The notes beneath the pieces were generated by a model. That model was given only the letters and a program-made list of their open reading frames with translations, was not told where the DNA came from and ran no database searches. Shown piece by piece: positions 51,601 through 60,442 of a DNA stretch of 64,000 nucleotides. Within the stretch, counting starts at the first letter, position 1; every line of letters begins with the position of its first letter. Source of the stretch: an uncultured Gammaproteobacteria bacterium (lineage in GTDB: Bacteria; Patescibacteriota; Microgenomatia; Levybacterales; GWA1-39-11); the NCBI GenBank assembly GCA_964406795.1, contig CAYOTA010000005.1, forward strand, positions 14,235 through 78,234, given 5' to 3'. A program made the position numbers and the translations under genes.

Positions 51601-51831
51601 TTAAAGCAAAATGCTTGGAGTCCCATGTTTTACTACGCTTTTCATTCCTGGAGTAAGGCTTTGTTCTCCTGGTTTTGTAGTGCGATCTCCTGCGCCATCC
51701 ATTAATATTCCGCGCATGGTTACCCCAGCATTTTCAGGTTTAAGTGCGCTTCCTTGTGTAATTGGCCCATCCTTAGCCGCTATGCCGTTTTTGCCATAAA
51801 TTAATTGTGTTGGTCCGTATTCTTTTTTCAT
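51601..51831 (-). CDS. Small Gly-rich hypothetical protein
   Basis: Strong SD GGAGAGGAGGTGAGTT immediately upstream of the ATG. Confidence 0.35.
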   Translation of the reverse strand: MKKEYGPTQLIYGKNGIAAKDGPITQGSALKPENAGVTMRGILMDGAGDRTTKPGEQSLTPGMKSVVKHGTPSILL

Positions 51832-51913
51832 AAACTCACCTCCTCTCCTATCGTTAACTCTTGGTTTTCAGCCAGAGGCTCACGGTATTTTATCGTCGCA
51901 AGTTCCTCTAAAA

Positions 51914-51944
51914 TAAAAAACCTCCCTTTCAGGAGGTTGTGATT
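51914..51944 (-). terminator. Rho-independent terminator downstream of the yerC-like gene
   Basis: The minus strand reads AACCTCC-tgaaag-GGAGGTT followed by TTTTTTATTTT. Confidence 0.5.
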
Positions 51945-52005
51945 TGCATACAGCAAAGACAATCTCCCCACTTAGGAGATTTGCCAGTTACTATTTGTGT
52001 TTTTA

Positions 52006-52260
52006 CTAGACATTTTTAAATTTTCCTTTTTGTATTTCTTTAGAGCCTCTGGTAACCGTTGCAATTCCAACACCTAGCTTCTCAGCTATTGTGTGTTGTG
52101 CTATTCCGCTCTTGAGTAATCTTACAATTTCAAGTCTGGTGGGAAGTTCTATCAATTCTTTAGGAGTTAAAATTCCTTCTAAGAATGTTTTCATCTCCGA
52201 TTCGGATTTTATTTCTATAAACGCTTTGATTAAATTATCTAGCAACATCCTATCAGACAT
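52006..52260 (-). CDS. TrpR-like protein (YerC/YecD family)
   Basis: 84 aa. ELPTRLEIVRLLKSGIAQHTIAEKLGVGIATVTRGSKE. Confidence 0.65.
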   Translation of the reverse strand: MSDRMLLDNLIKAFIEIKSESEMKTFLEGILTPKELIELPTRLEIVRLLKSGIAQHTIAEKLGVGIATVTRGSKEIQKGKFKNV

Positions 52261-52360
52261 ATATACTAGTATACTAGTGTGCTAGTACAATGTCAATGGG
52301 TTATGTGAGGCTACTTTTTTGAGTTTTGCGAGAAAAAAAAGGAAGAGATAGGAAGTATTT

Positions 52361-53725
52361 CTAGAGCTTATTCACTTCTTTATTAAATTCATCTCCTCTA
52401 TCTTTGTAGTTCTTGAACATGCCAAAGCTGGCACAGGCAGGTGACAAGAGTACAACATCTCCAAGTGTGGCTATTTTAGATGCGCCCTGAACTATTGCAT
52501 GCATATCTTTAGCACCTTCTAATACTAAAACTTCCCGTGTGATGTGTTTTTTAATTTCCGGCCACTCAACTCCTATTCCTATAATAGCTTTTATATTCTT
52601 TGCATTTGTGATGGTTTCACCAAGTTCTGAAAAGTCAGAGTTTTTGGATGAGCCTCCAAGTATTAAAATTTCAGGCTCGCTAAATGCTTCTATGACGGCA
52701 ATTGCCGTTTCAGGAGTTGTTGAGAATGAGTCATTGTAATACTTGACCCCGTTCACTATTTTGACAAGCTCCAGCCTATACTGGAGACCTTTAAATGTTG
52801 TAAGAACGTTTATAATATTTTTCATATCCACTCCAGCGAGTGTAGCCGCCATGACTGCCGCACAAGCATTCTCCAGGTTATGTTTTCCAGGAAGTAACAC
52901 GTCCTTTGTTTCTATAACTTCCTGTTCAGTGTCTGACATTTTCAGAAATATTTTTCCTTCATGCACATAACAGCCATGATCTATGTTTTGCTCGCGGCTG
53001 ATTTTGTAAACGGTTCCAACAGTCTCTACATCAGATTCGTTACTTGCCGGATAGTCTTTATTTACTATTGCGAAATCTCCTGCCTCTTGATGTCTTAAAA
53101 TATTACGCTTCGCATCTATGTATTCATATACATCAGTGTGATAATCCAAATGCTCCGAGGTTGTCATAAGCATGACAGCTATGTGAGGGCTGGAAGTTAA
53201 GTCCTGAAGCTGAAATGATGACATTTCTAAAACAACTCTAGATTCAGGCGCTAACTTTTCTAAAAATGAGATGGGAGGCGTTCCTATGTTTCCACCTAAA
53301 TGCGCGTCAAACCCCTGAGCCTTTATCATTTCATAAATAAGGCTGGATGTTGTCCCTTTTCCTTTTGTTCCAGTTACGCCAATAATAGGACAAGGGCACA
53401 AATCAAAGAAAAGCTGGGTTTGAGATGAAATAGTTACTCCTTTGGAAGCGGCGTTGTTAAGGGCATCCTGATGTCTTTTAATGCCAGGACTCCTAAAGAT
53501 TACGTCAAATGTGTCCAAATCATCAAAAGCGTTTTTTCCAAATACTGTAGGAAGACTTAGGCTTTGGATTTTTTCAAGTTCAATCTTTTCAATTTCAGAT
53601 TCGGGTTTTTCAATCCGAATTGATATATCAGCATCAGTGCTTTTTAAAAACTCTATAAGCGCTAAGCCCTCAATTCCGGCGCCCAGCACTGCAACTTTTT
53701 TATTTCTTAATTCCTCTTTTGTCAT
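52361..53725 (-). CDS. murD: UDP-N-acetylmuramoyl-L-alanine--D-glutamate ligase MurD
   Basis: Mur ligase P-loop GVTGTKGKGTTSSL, about 450 aa. Adjacent to murI. Confidence 0.85.
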   Translation of the reverse strand: MTKEELRNKKVAVLGAGIEGLALIEFLKSTDADISIRIEKPESEIEKIELEKIQSLSLPTVFGKNAFDDLDTFDVIFRSPGIKRHQDALNNAASKGVTISSQTQLFFDLCPCPIIGVTGTKGKGTTSSLIYEMIKAQGFDAHLGGNIGTPPISFLEKLAPESRVVLEMSSFQLQDLTSSPHIAVMLMTTSEHLDYHTDVYEYIDAKRNILRHQEAGDFAIVNKDYPASNESDVETVGTVYKISREQNIDHGCYVHEGKIFLKMSDTEQEVIETKDVLLPGKHNLENACAAVMAATLAGVDMKNIINVLTTFKGLQYRLELVKIVNGVKYYNDSFSTTPETAIAVIEAFSEPEILILGGSSKNSDFSELGETITNAKNIKAIIGIGVEWPEIKKHITREVLVLEGAKDMHAIVQGASKIATLGDVVLLSPACASFGMFKNYKDRGDEFNKEVNKL

Positions 53726-54519
53726 ATGCGTTCGTGTTCTGAATTAATTATTTTGCCTGTTAGTTTTTTAACAGCATTGTTAAAAGCAAGAGCATCTCCA
53801 GTTGTATAATACCAATCTTTGTCAGTTTTTTCCAAAGCAAGAAGATTTTCAGCTTCTAGAACACGTTTTGTCTGCCTTGCAACAGCTCCTCCAGAATCCA
53901 AAATTTGTATATTGGGGCCTGCAACTTCTTGTATTTGGTCTTTTATAAAAGGATAGTGAGTGCAGCCAAGCGCTATTGCGTCCACCCCTAACTTTTTAAG
54001 TGGGATAACGTGTTTTTTAAGAATTGCTTTAATTTTAGGGTCCTCTAAATTTCCTGTTTCAATAAGTGATTCGAGCCCCGTGTTTCCTTCTTTATATATA
54101 GCTATGTCTTTCCCAAACTCTGAAATCAAAAGATCCATATAAATACTTTTGACGGTTGATGGAGTTGCCAAAACTGCTGTTTTTTTAGATTTAGTGACAG
54201 CTGCTAACTGTTTTATAACGGGAACTACTCCAATAATAGGCTTTTCAAAGTCTTTACGAAGTGTTTTAATAGCTCCCGTTGAGGCTGTATTACAGGCAAC
54301 CACAATTAGTTTTGCATGCTTGGAGATTAAAAACTCCGTGATATTTTTACTTCTTGTTTGCACTTCTTTAAGAGTTCGCCTTCCATATGGCGCAAAGGCC
54401 AAATCAGCAACATATATAAATCGTTCTTGAAGTAACAATTTTTGAAGTTCTGACAGGATAGTAAGTCCTCCTACTCCTGAGTCAAATATTCCAATAGGTC
54501 TGTCTTGCATTAGGATCAA
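53722..54519 (-). CDS. murI: Glutamate racemase MurI
   Basis: IGIFDSGVGGLTIL and VVACNTAS. Confidence 0.85.
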   Translation of the reverse strand: MILMQDRPIGIFDSGVGGLTILSELQKLLLQERFIYVADLAFAPYGRRTLKEVQTRSKNITEFLISKHAKLIVVACNTASTGAIKTLRKDFEKPIIGVVPVIKQLAAVTKSKKTAVLATPSTVKSIYMDLLISEFGKDIAIYKEGNTGLESLIETGNLEDPKIKAILKKHVIPLKKLGVDAIALGCTHYPFIKDQIQEVAGPNIQILDSGGAVARQTKRVLEAENLLALEKTDKDWYYTTGDALAFNNAVKKLTGKIINSEHERI

Positions 54520-54614
54520 TTATACATTAAATAGCCTCGTGTCACTAATTACTATTGATTTATTATCAAACCCACGATATATTAATAATATAGATAATTT
54601 GGTGTGTTCTATAT

Positions 54615-55319
54615 ATGGCAAAGTATGATTTGAGGATTAAAGCTAGGGAATTGCGGGGAAATGGAATAAGTGTAAAAGAAATCTCGACATATTTGGGCGT
54701 GTCCAAGAGTTCAGCAAGTTTGTGGGTTAGGGATATAATCCTAACAGTCGAGCAATTGGAAAACTTAAGAAAGGCAGAAATAAAAGGAAAAGAGCGGGGA
54801 CGTTTAAAAAGTGCTCTACTACAGAAGAAAAGGCGCACAAATCAGATAGAAGAAGCAAGAGATGAGGGAATTGGGGTAATGTCTGGGCTTTCAGAGAGAG
54901 AATTCCTTATTGCAGGTAGCGCTCTTTATTGGGGTGAGGGTAGTAAAAAGAGTCAACAGGTGGAATTTTGTAATTCTGACCCTAAAATGATAAAATTCTT
55001 GATTGGATGGTTAAAATTTAATTTTCAGGTTACAACGGAGGAGTTAAGGTGTCGCATAGGAATTAACGAACTGCATAGAAAAAGGGAAAGCGAAGTTAAG
55101 CAATTTTGGTCAAAAACGACTGGTATACCAATAGTCCAATTTAATCAAACAAGTTTTAAGCAGGCAAAAAGTAAAAAGGTATATGGAAATTTTAACGAAC
55201 ACTATGGCACTCTTTCTATAAAAGTTTTAAGGCCAACAAAGAGCTTTTATAAAATCTTAGGTCTTATAAATGGTCTAAGTGAGGCAGGAATGAAACTGGT
55301 GTTTCAGGACGTTTCATAA
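54615..55319 (+). CDS. HTH plus LAGLIDADG-like homing-endonuclease-family protein (paralog 1)
   Basis: N-terminal HTH GISVKEISTYLGVSKSSASLW. LAGLIDADG-like block EFLIAGSALYWGEGSK. Paralogous to 59674..60390. Confidence 0.55.
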   Translation: MAKYDLRIKARELRGNGISVKEISTYLGVSKSSASLWVRDIILTVEQLENLRKAEIKGKERGRLKSALLQKKRRTNQIEEARDEGIGVMSGLSEREFLIAGSALYWGEGSKKSQQVEFCNSDPKMIKFLIGWLKFNFQVTTEELRCRIGINELHRKRESEVKQFWSKTTGIPIVQFNQTSFKQAKSKKVYGNFNEHYGTLSIKVLRPTKSFYKILGLINGLSEAGMKLVFQDVS

Positions 55320-55328
55320 GCGTTCTCT

Positions 55329-55354
55329 GGTGGGTTCAATCCCCACTCCTGCTA
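55329..55354 (+). other. Orphan tRNA 3'-end fragment (T arm plus acceptor 3' strand)
   Basis: GGTGGGTTCAATCCCCACTCCTGCT lies immediately after the endonuclease-like gene. No convincing D or anticodon arms upstream. Confidence 0.4.
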
Positions 55355-55399
55355 CATTTTTCCCAGACTTACTCCTACTGTTACAGTTTTCAATTAATT

Positions 55400-55420
55400 C
55401 GGAGGAGGCGGGGTTTGAAC
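55400..55420 (-). other. tRNA-Ser 3'-end fragment duplicate (att-like)
   Basis: Minus-strand GTTCAAACCCCGCCTCCTCCG matches the 3' end of tRNA-Ser(GGA), about 600 bp away and in the same orientation. Confidence 0.5.
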
Positions 55421-55455
55421 AAAGACGTTTTGAAGCGAAGAAATGCGCTTCTTGA

Positions 55456-55830
55456 TTAATCGCAGTTCGGGATCTTTAGGATATCGCACTTATAAAAGTC
55501 ATACCCTATTCCGTATCCAGCAGAAAGTGCAAAGGCAACAAATACTACTGCAACAATCGCATTCACTACATACAAGCGTCTGTCTTTCAATATCGGGAAC
55601 AGCGCTACAAGGCCACCCACACCCACCAAAGCAATGAGAGCAAGTACAAGCCGTTGCTCGAAACCAGTGGTTTCACCTAGTGGGCGAATGAAAGAGAGGA
55701 AAAAATATGCCTGCAATCTGACAAGGGCGTTAGCAATGAAAAATGGAAGGGAGAATGCTATGCCGATAAACAGATAGCGTTTATTAATCCACATAGTAAA
55801 AGCATACATCTCGTTCAGTATTTGGCACAA
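55456..55830 (-). CDS. Small polytopic membrane protein (hypothetical)
   Basis: 124-aa hydrophobic ORF between the tRNA-Ser fragment and the intact tRNA-Ser. Confidence 0.35.
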   Translation of the reverse strand: MCQILNEMYAFTMWINKRYLFIGIAFSLPFFIANALVRLQAYFFLSFIRPLGETTGFEQRLVLALIALVGVGGLVALFPILKDRRLYVVNAIVAVVFVAFALSAGYGIGYDFYKCDILKIPNCD

Positions 55831-56011
55831 GTCCTCGCCGTTGTGATAGAAAGCTTAGAACCGGGTACAAATACCTTGAGGGTCATTTAGGCGATTTTCT
55901 ATATTACAGGATATGTTTGGGATACTTGCGATTCCTAGTTGTTTTTTTAGCAAGCCACATAGGGCTAATCGAGCATAGGAGATGGGTCTTGGAGCAACCC
56001 AAGGCTTTCTG

Positions 56012-56095
56012 CGGAGGAGGCGGGATTTGAACCCGCGTAAGTTTTCACTTGCACGCTTTCCAAGCGTGTGCCATAGGCCACTAGGCGACTCCTCC
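56012..56095 (-). tRNA. tRNA-Ser (GGA), class II
   Basis: Minus strand GGAGGAG-TC-GCC-...-CACGC-TTGGAAA-GCGTG-long variable arm-GCGGG-TTCAAAT-CCCGC-CTCCTCC-G. Anticodon GGA. Confidence 0.8.
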
Positions 56096-56162
56096 AGTTT
56101 TGTTTAATGTGGCCTGCCTTTTTACTTTGCAAAAAGATAAGGCCACTAGGCGACTCCTCCAG
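56075..56162. repeat. 23-nt perfect direct repeat AGGCCACTAGGCGACTCCTCCAG (56075-56097 and 56140-56162) duplicating the 5' end of tRNA-Ser(GGA)
   Basis: Read directly in the sequence. The second copy abuts the stop of the Nudix gene. Confidence 0.7.
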
Positions 56163-56163
56163 A

Positions 56164-56604
56164 TTAAGCTTGTGCAAGCTTTTCGATAATGGGTCGAGCT
56201 TCTGTGAACACATCTTTATCTGATCTATAAGTAAGACGACCCATAACTTGATCCGGTGGTAGCCATTCTACGGCTTCCATTTCGTGGTCGTGTTGAGTTA
56301 TATCTCCTCCGGTAAATTTCATGATGTAGTAATATACGGTCTTTTTCCTTTTTTCGTTATCCATAACATACCAGTAAGTAATTGGGGTTAATTCGTGAAT
56401 AATTTCTCCCTCAGCTCCTGTTTCTTCTTTTACTTCACGCACGGCTGTATCCTTTTTGTCTTCCCCTTTTAGATGTTCTTTGTCTCCAATAAGTCCTTTA
56501 GGAAAAACCCATCCGTGGTGATACGAATGTTGTGACACTAAAACAAATATCGAATTGTCTTCGACTTTGAAAACTACTCCACCAGCTGAAAATTCAAGTC
56601 TCAT
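56164..56604 (-). CDS. Nudix hydrolase
   Basis: Start trimmed to MRLEFSAGGVV because the longer ORF overlaps tRNA genes. Nudix box GEDKKDTAVREVKEETGAEG. Confidence 0.7.
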   Translation of the reverse strand: MRLEFSAGGVVFKVEDNSIFVLVSQHSYHHGWVFPKGLIGDKEHLKGEDKKDTAVREVKEETGAEGEIIHELTPITYWYVMDNEKRKKTVYYYIMKFTGGDITQHDHEMEAVEWLPPDQVMGRLTYRSDKDVFTEARPIIEKLAQA

Positions 56605-56664
56605 AAATATTTTTGTAAGCTGTACTTCGTCCCTCAGTACCAGGTTTTCGGAATACCTCAAAAC

Positions 56665-56739
56665 TGGCGCTCTCGGTGGGAATCGAACCCGCATCAGAGG
56701 ATCCGGAATCCCCCGTTCTATCCGTTGAACTACGAGAGC
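56665..56739 (-). tRNA. tRNA-Arg (CCG)
   Basis: Minus strand GCTCTCG...GGGGA-TTCCGGA-TCCTC...GCGGG-TTCGATT-CCCAC-CGAGAGC-G-CCA. Confidence 0.8.
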
Positions 56740-56748
56740 ATAGTTCTG

Positions 56749-56833
56749 CGGAGGGTACAGGATTCGAACCTGTGAAGGACTTGCGCCCTCGAGTTTTCGA
56801 AACTCGTGCAATTGGCCGCTATGCGAACCCTCC
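56749..56833 (-). tRNA. tRNA-Ser (CGA), class II
   Basis: Minus strand GGAGGGT...CGAGT-TTCGAAA-ACTCG-long variable arm-ACAGG-TTCGAAT-CCTGT-ACCCTCC-G. Confidence 0.75.
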
Positions 56834-56902
56834 CAGGTTTCAATCCATGCGCCGCATTTGAGTTTATCGAAAACGCGGTGCCAGGTTCAGGCAAGCTGAA
56901 AT

Positions 56903-56978
56903 TGGCGCACCCGAGTGGGGTCGAACCACCAACCGCAAGATCCGCAATCTTGTACTCTATCCATTGAGCTACGGGTGC
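56903..56978 (-). tRNA. tRNA-Arg (GCG)
   Basis: Minus strand GCACCCG-TA-GCTC-AATGGAT-AGAGT-A-CAAGA-TTGCGGA-TCTTG-CGGTT-GGTGG-TTCGACC-CCACT-CGGGTGC-G-CCA. Confidence 0.8.
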
Positions 56979-57118
56979 TCGTCTAAATAACTCCTGCTCT
57001 TCAGATCTTGCAGATCTTTAACGCAGTCGTATTTCTCCTCTTAAAATTGTTTCACAATTTTGGAATACGAATTTAATAGACACCTTGTATTTTAGTTGAT
57101 TTACGGGCAATTTACAAA

Positions 57119-57676
57119 CTATGAGGCGCGTTCCAGAGGAAAATTTTTAGAAAGCCATTCTCCTGACTTTTCCATGAATGTTTGCTGGACTACTTCTCGG
57201 TATGGTAAGAAGTTTATGAGTACTTGCCGCGCGTGTTCTTTAGAAATATTTCCCAGTGTAATTCGTAACTCTCCGGGAATAAGTGCCTCAGTCCTTACAA
57301 TTAGTGTGTCTACCCCATCTATCTTTTTAAAATAAAAGTCATACAGTTCTCCCCAAATGTAAAAATGGTCCTCTACCTTTATACCTTCAGTGGACACTCG
57401 GTAGTGAAAATCTTTAGGAGGCACTGTTGAGAGTACAATTGATAAAAATGTGACTGCTGCGACGGCTAGCATGAGTTGGTATTGTGCAAACAAGAAAACT
57501 ATAAGTTCTATTAAGAAAAATATAAGCATTACTGACAAATAAAACTCACGCTTTTTCTTTCTAAATGGGCGTCCAGGTGCTGTCCAAGACAAGAGAGTCC
57601 GTACATCATTGTATTCTTCTTGAGGCTCGTTTTCGGAAGGGGGAACAGGTTGCTCCATATGTTTACTATGCACCAA
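57119..57676 (-). CDS. Membrane protein with bacterial PH-like domain (hypothetical)
   Basis: Two TM helices followed by a soluble domain. Similar architecture to 6629..7330. Confidence 0.4.
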   Translation of the reverse strand: MVHSKHMEQPVPPSENEPQEEYNDVRTLLSWTAPGRPFRKKKREFYLSVMLIFFLIELIVFLFAQYQLMLAVAAVTFLSIVLSTVPPKDFHYRVSTEGIKVEDHFYIWGELYDFYFKKIDGVDTLIVRTEALIPGELRITLGNISKEHARQVLINFLPYREVVQQTFMEKSGEWLSKNFPLERAS

Positions 57677-57706
57677 ATAGAGCTTTAAATCAAGTGGATA
57701 TGTGTT

Positions 57707-58573
57707 TTACAATTCAATAAGTGTTGTGCTATCAGAGTTTTTTGCGTCTTTAATATATTGAAGGTAGCGTTCAGTGGATGAAAGACGCTTGTGTCCTAAC
57801 ACTTTTGACAAGAATACGAGTGACACACCATTTCTTAAATGGTGAGCTACAAACGTGTGGCGTAAATCATTAATTTTTGCATTTTCAATTCCTGCTTTTC
57901 TAAAGTATCGCTCTACTGCGTCTCTGATGTTTCTAACTAAAAATGGCTTTCCGGTTTTTGTTACAAATACGTGTGTTCCTTCAGTTTTAGTTCTTCCGGC
58001 AAGATATCTTTTAAGACCTTCTTTAGCGCGTCTATTTAGCTGAACTTCACGAGCTGCATGCCCTTCGTAAGGCGCAATGTGAAGCGCATTGTCAGAGACA
58101 TCATCCATTTTAAGATTTGCGAGTTCACCAATTCTTATACCTGTTTGGAGTAATACTTCAATAATTGCGTAAATTCTTGGGTCAACTGATGCCGCATCAC
58201 GTAATGCTCTATATTCAAGAGGAGTTAGCACGCGAGGTGCAGACAATTCATATTTAGGGTGAGAAACAAGTAAAGAAGGATCGTCAGTTATATATTCATT
58301 AATCTTCAAGAATCTATAAAAAGTTCTTGTTGAGTTAAGTTTTCGTGAAAGAGATTTTGGTGTATATCCTTTGTCAGACAAACTTCCTAAAAACGCTTGG
58401 ATATCATTATTATCTATTTCATGGATGTGATGTTTCTCAAGAGTTTCCAGAAAGGATAAGAGTTGGTCAATATCTTTGCCGTATGCTAATATGGTAGCAG
58501 ATGCCCTCTTCTTTGATTTCAAGAAGTCTTGGAATTTGTCATATGCATCTCGCATTTTAGTAGGAGTATTCAT
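57707..58573 (-). CDS. Tyrosine site-specific recombinase (XerC/XerD/integrase family)
   Basis: N-terminal SAM-like domain. C-terminal catalytic residues in LRHTFVAHHL and GHKRLSSTERYLQY. Confidence 0.8.
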   Translation of the reverse strand: MNTPTKMRDAYDKFQDFLKSKKRASATILAYGKDIDQLLSFLETLEKHHIHEIDNNDIQAFLGSLSDKGYTPKSLSRKLNSTRTFYRFLKINEYITDDPSLLVSHPKYELSAPRVLTPLEYRALRDAASVDPRIYAIIEVLLQTGIRIGELANLKMDDVSDNALHIAPYEGHAAREVQLNRRAKEGLKRYLAGRTKTEGTHVFVTKTGKPFLVRNIRDAVERYFRKAGIENAKINDLRHTFVAHHLRNGVSLVFLSKVLGHKRLSSTERYLQYIKDAKNSDSTTLIEL

Positions 58574-58656
58574 GTATGTCTAAATTCAAAGAAAGCTGAG
58601 CTGTTTTAAGCTCAGTTTTCTAAAGATAAAGCCTATAATATCAAGAAGCGCGTGTA

Positions 58657-59016
58657 ATGTCAAGAAGAGCTATGTGGTCACAAAGTAAAAAGATTATTTT
58701 AATAGTAGTATGCATTGCACTTCTTGTGTTGGTAAAAAACATACTTTCCTCCATTCTCTCAACCCACGAACGCGCACAAATTCTTAAAGAATTACGCACG
58801 GAATTAGCATATAAAAAGGAACAAGAAGTATTGCTTACCCAAAAATTGTCGGTTGCCAAAACTGATGAATTTGTAGAAAATGAGGCTCGGTCAAAGCTGG
58901 GATTGGTGAAAGAAGGCGAGAAAATCGTAGTAGATGAGAAAATTAAGCTTGTTGTTCCTCAAATTGTGGCTCCGGAGCCTCCAAACTGGCAAAAGTGGGC
59001 TAAACTCTTCTATTAG
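58657..59016 (+). CDS. Septum formation initiator family protein (FtsB/DivIC-like)
   Basis: N-terminal TM, coiled coil, and conserved ENEARSKLGLVKEGEKIV. Confidence 0.6.
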   Translation: MSRRAMWSQSKKIILIVVCIALLVLVKNILSSILSTHERAQILKELRTELAYKKEQEVLLTQKLSVAKTDEFVENEARSKLGLVKEGEKIVVDEKIKLVVPQIVAPEPPNWQKWAKLFY

Positions 59017-59280
59017 GCCCATTCTCATACTTGATTTCTATATATGGAAGATTTATATTCCAAATATACTCTCATAATTTATGAATATTATTGAAGGAAT
59101 AACCGGTCGTAATATCATCTCAGAAATCAAAGCTCCACCAATTACAGTTACTCGCCCTTCTCCTGACGCCAGGACATCTCGTATGCAGCGGTATGCACAG
59201 CCTCAAAATAATCCTCAAGATGGAGGACTACAATTAAAGGTGAATAGTTCGAATCCGAGAACAAGAAGAGGAAAATAGTA

Positions 59281-59673
59281 GATAGTGTGCTTGCAGTGAG
59301 CGAAGCGAATCTGTTGCGGGGCAAGGAATCGCACCTTGTCTAGAAGATTATGCTTGTTGTTAATCTCCCATTACTGAAAGTATCGGACTATATCATATTC
59401 CAATTAGCTTGGAACTCCAGCGTATAGTCTCTACGGGGTTCAGTTAGATTAAACATCTAAGAGAACTTCCCTCGGTATTGCCCTTTCTGCTTAGTTTTGA
59501 ATTCGGGTTTCACCGATACAGCTAGATTCATTCATCAATGTTACCATTGCGACGGCCCAATTGAGCCTTCTGTGCAGCTTTACACTACCCCGCGCGTCCT
59601 GATCATAATAGCATGTACCTATGTGTAAGTCAATTCGCACAAAATATACAGTTAATATTTTCCTATTGACGAG
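59281..59673 (-). ncRNA. Candidate group-I-intron-like structured RNA core (R and S elements) or remnant
   Basis: Minus strand has GTAGAGACTATACG (R-like, consensus CAGAGACTACACG) at plus 59421-59434. About 25 nt downstream it has TGATATAGTCCG (S-like, consensus AAGATATAGTCC) at plus 59384-59395. Confidence 0.35.
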
Positions 59674-60390
59674 GTGCGGTTATTATTCAATAATAAAAAT
59701 GTGTCATATTCAAGCGTTAAAAAAGATGAGGTAAGGAAGCTTAGGAGAGCGGGTATGAGCTTGAATCACATAGAAAAAACCTCCAATGTGCCTAAATCCA
59801 CTATAAGAGAATGGATAAAGGATATTTCCTTAAACCCAGAACAAACTCAGGTGTTGCTTGAAGGCGCACTCATTGCTCTTCAGAATGGTAGAAAAGTTGC
59901 GCAAGAAAATAAACGCAAAAAAAGAAGTAAAAAAGAAGAAGAATTACACATTCAAGGAGTAGCCGAGATAGGTGCGCTAAATAAACGTGAATTGTTTATC
60001 GCAGGGATCGCTTTATATTGGGCAGAAGGATTTAAGAATAGACATGAAAAAAGGTTGGGTTTCTGCAACTCTGATCCTAAAATGATAAAATTTTATCTTT
60101 ATTGGTTACGTAGTGTATTAGGCGTTGACGCTCTATATATCACTGCTCGTTTAACCATAAATTCTGCACATAAAGATCGTGAAGAAAAAATTCTTGAATA
60201 TTGGCGAAATGTAACTGAATTGCCCGATTCAAGTTTCACAAAGACTTTTTATCAAACCGTTATTTCAGTCAAGCAATTTGAAAATAGAGATTTGTATAAT
60301 GGCGTGCTCCGCCTTCATGTAAAAGAAAGTTTGGACACCTTACTTAAAATGAGAGGATGGATCGAGGGATTAGGAAGTATTCAAAGATGA
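59674..60390 (+). CDS. HTH plus LAGLIDADG-like homing-endonuclease-family protein (paralog 2)
   Basis: HTH MSLNHIEKTSNVPKSTIREW. LAGLIDADG-like ELFIAGIALYWAEGFK. FCNSDPKMIKF is shared with paralog 1. The true start may be a GTG a few codons in. Confidence 0.55.
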   Translation: MRLLFNNKNVSYSSVKKDEVRKLRRAGMSLNHIEKTSNVPKSTIREWIKDISLNPEQTQVLLEGALIALQNGRKVAQENKRKKRSKKEEELHIQGVAEIGALNKRELFIAGIALYWAEGFKNRHEKRLGFCNSDPKMIKFYLYWLRSVLGVDALYITARLTINSAHKDREEKILEYWRNVTELPDSSFTKTFYQTVISVKQFENRDLYNGVLRLHVKESLDTLLKMRGWIEGLGSIQR

Positions 60391-60442
60391 GTTTTTGCAT
60401 GTTTTCTTGCGTTTGTAGAGTATCTTTGGTAGAATCAATTTC

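Noticed and set aside
55290-55356. Possible complete tRNA ending at the GGTGGGTTCAATCCCCACTCCTGCT fragment
   Set aside because: The candidate 5' acceptor GCAGGA lies inside the endonuclease-like CDS. No acceptable D or anticodon arm could be formed. I treat it as a 3' fragment only.
55965-56213. ORF 55965..56213 (-), and the N-terminal 69 codons of ORF 56164..56811
   Set aside because: They overlap tRNA-Ser(GGA) and the tRNA-Arg and tRNA-Ser genes respectively. The Nudix CDS was trimmed to start at MRLEF (56604).
59281-59345. tRNA 3' half reading of CAAGG-TGCGATT-CCTTG-CCCCGCA on the minus strand, as the 3' exon of an intron-containing tRNA
   Set aside because: No matching 5' half (TGCGGGG…) was found upstream. 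The T loop has G at position 55. It could equally be a P9-type hairpin.
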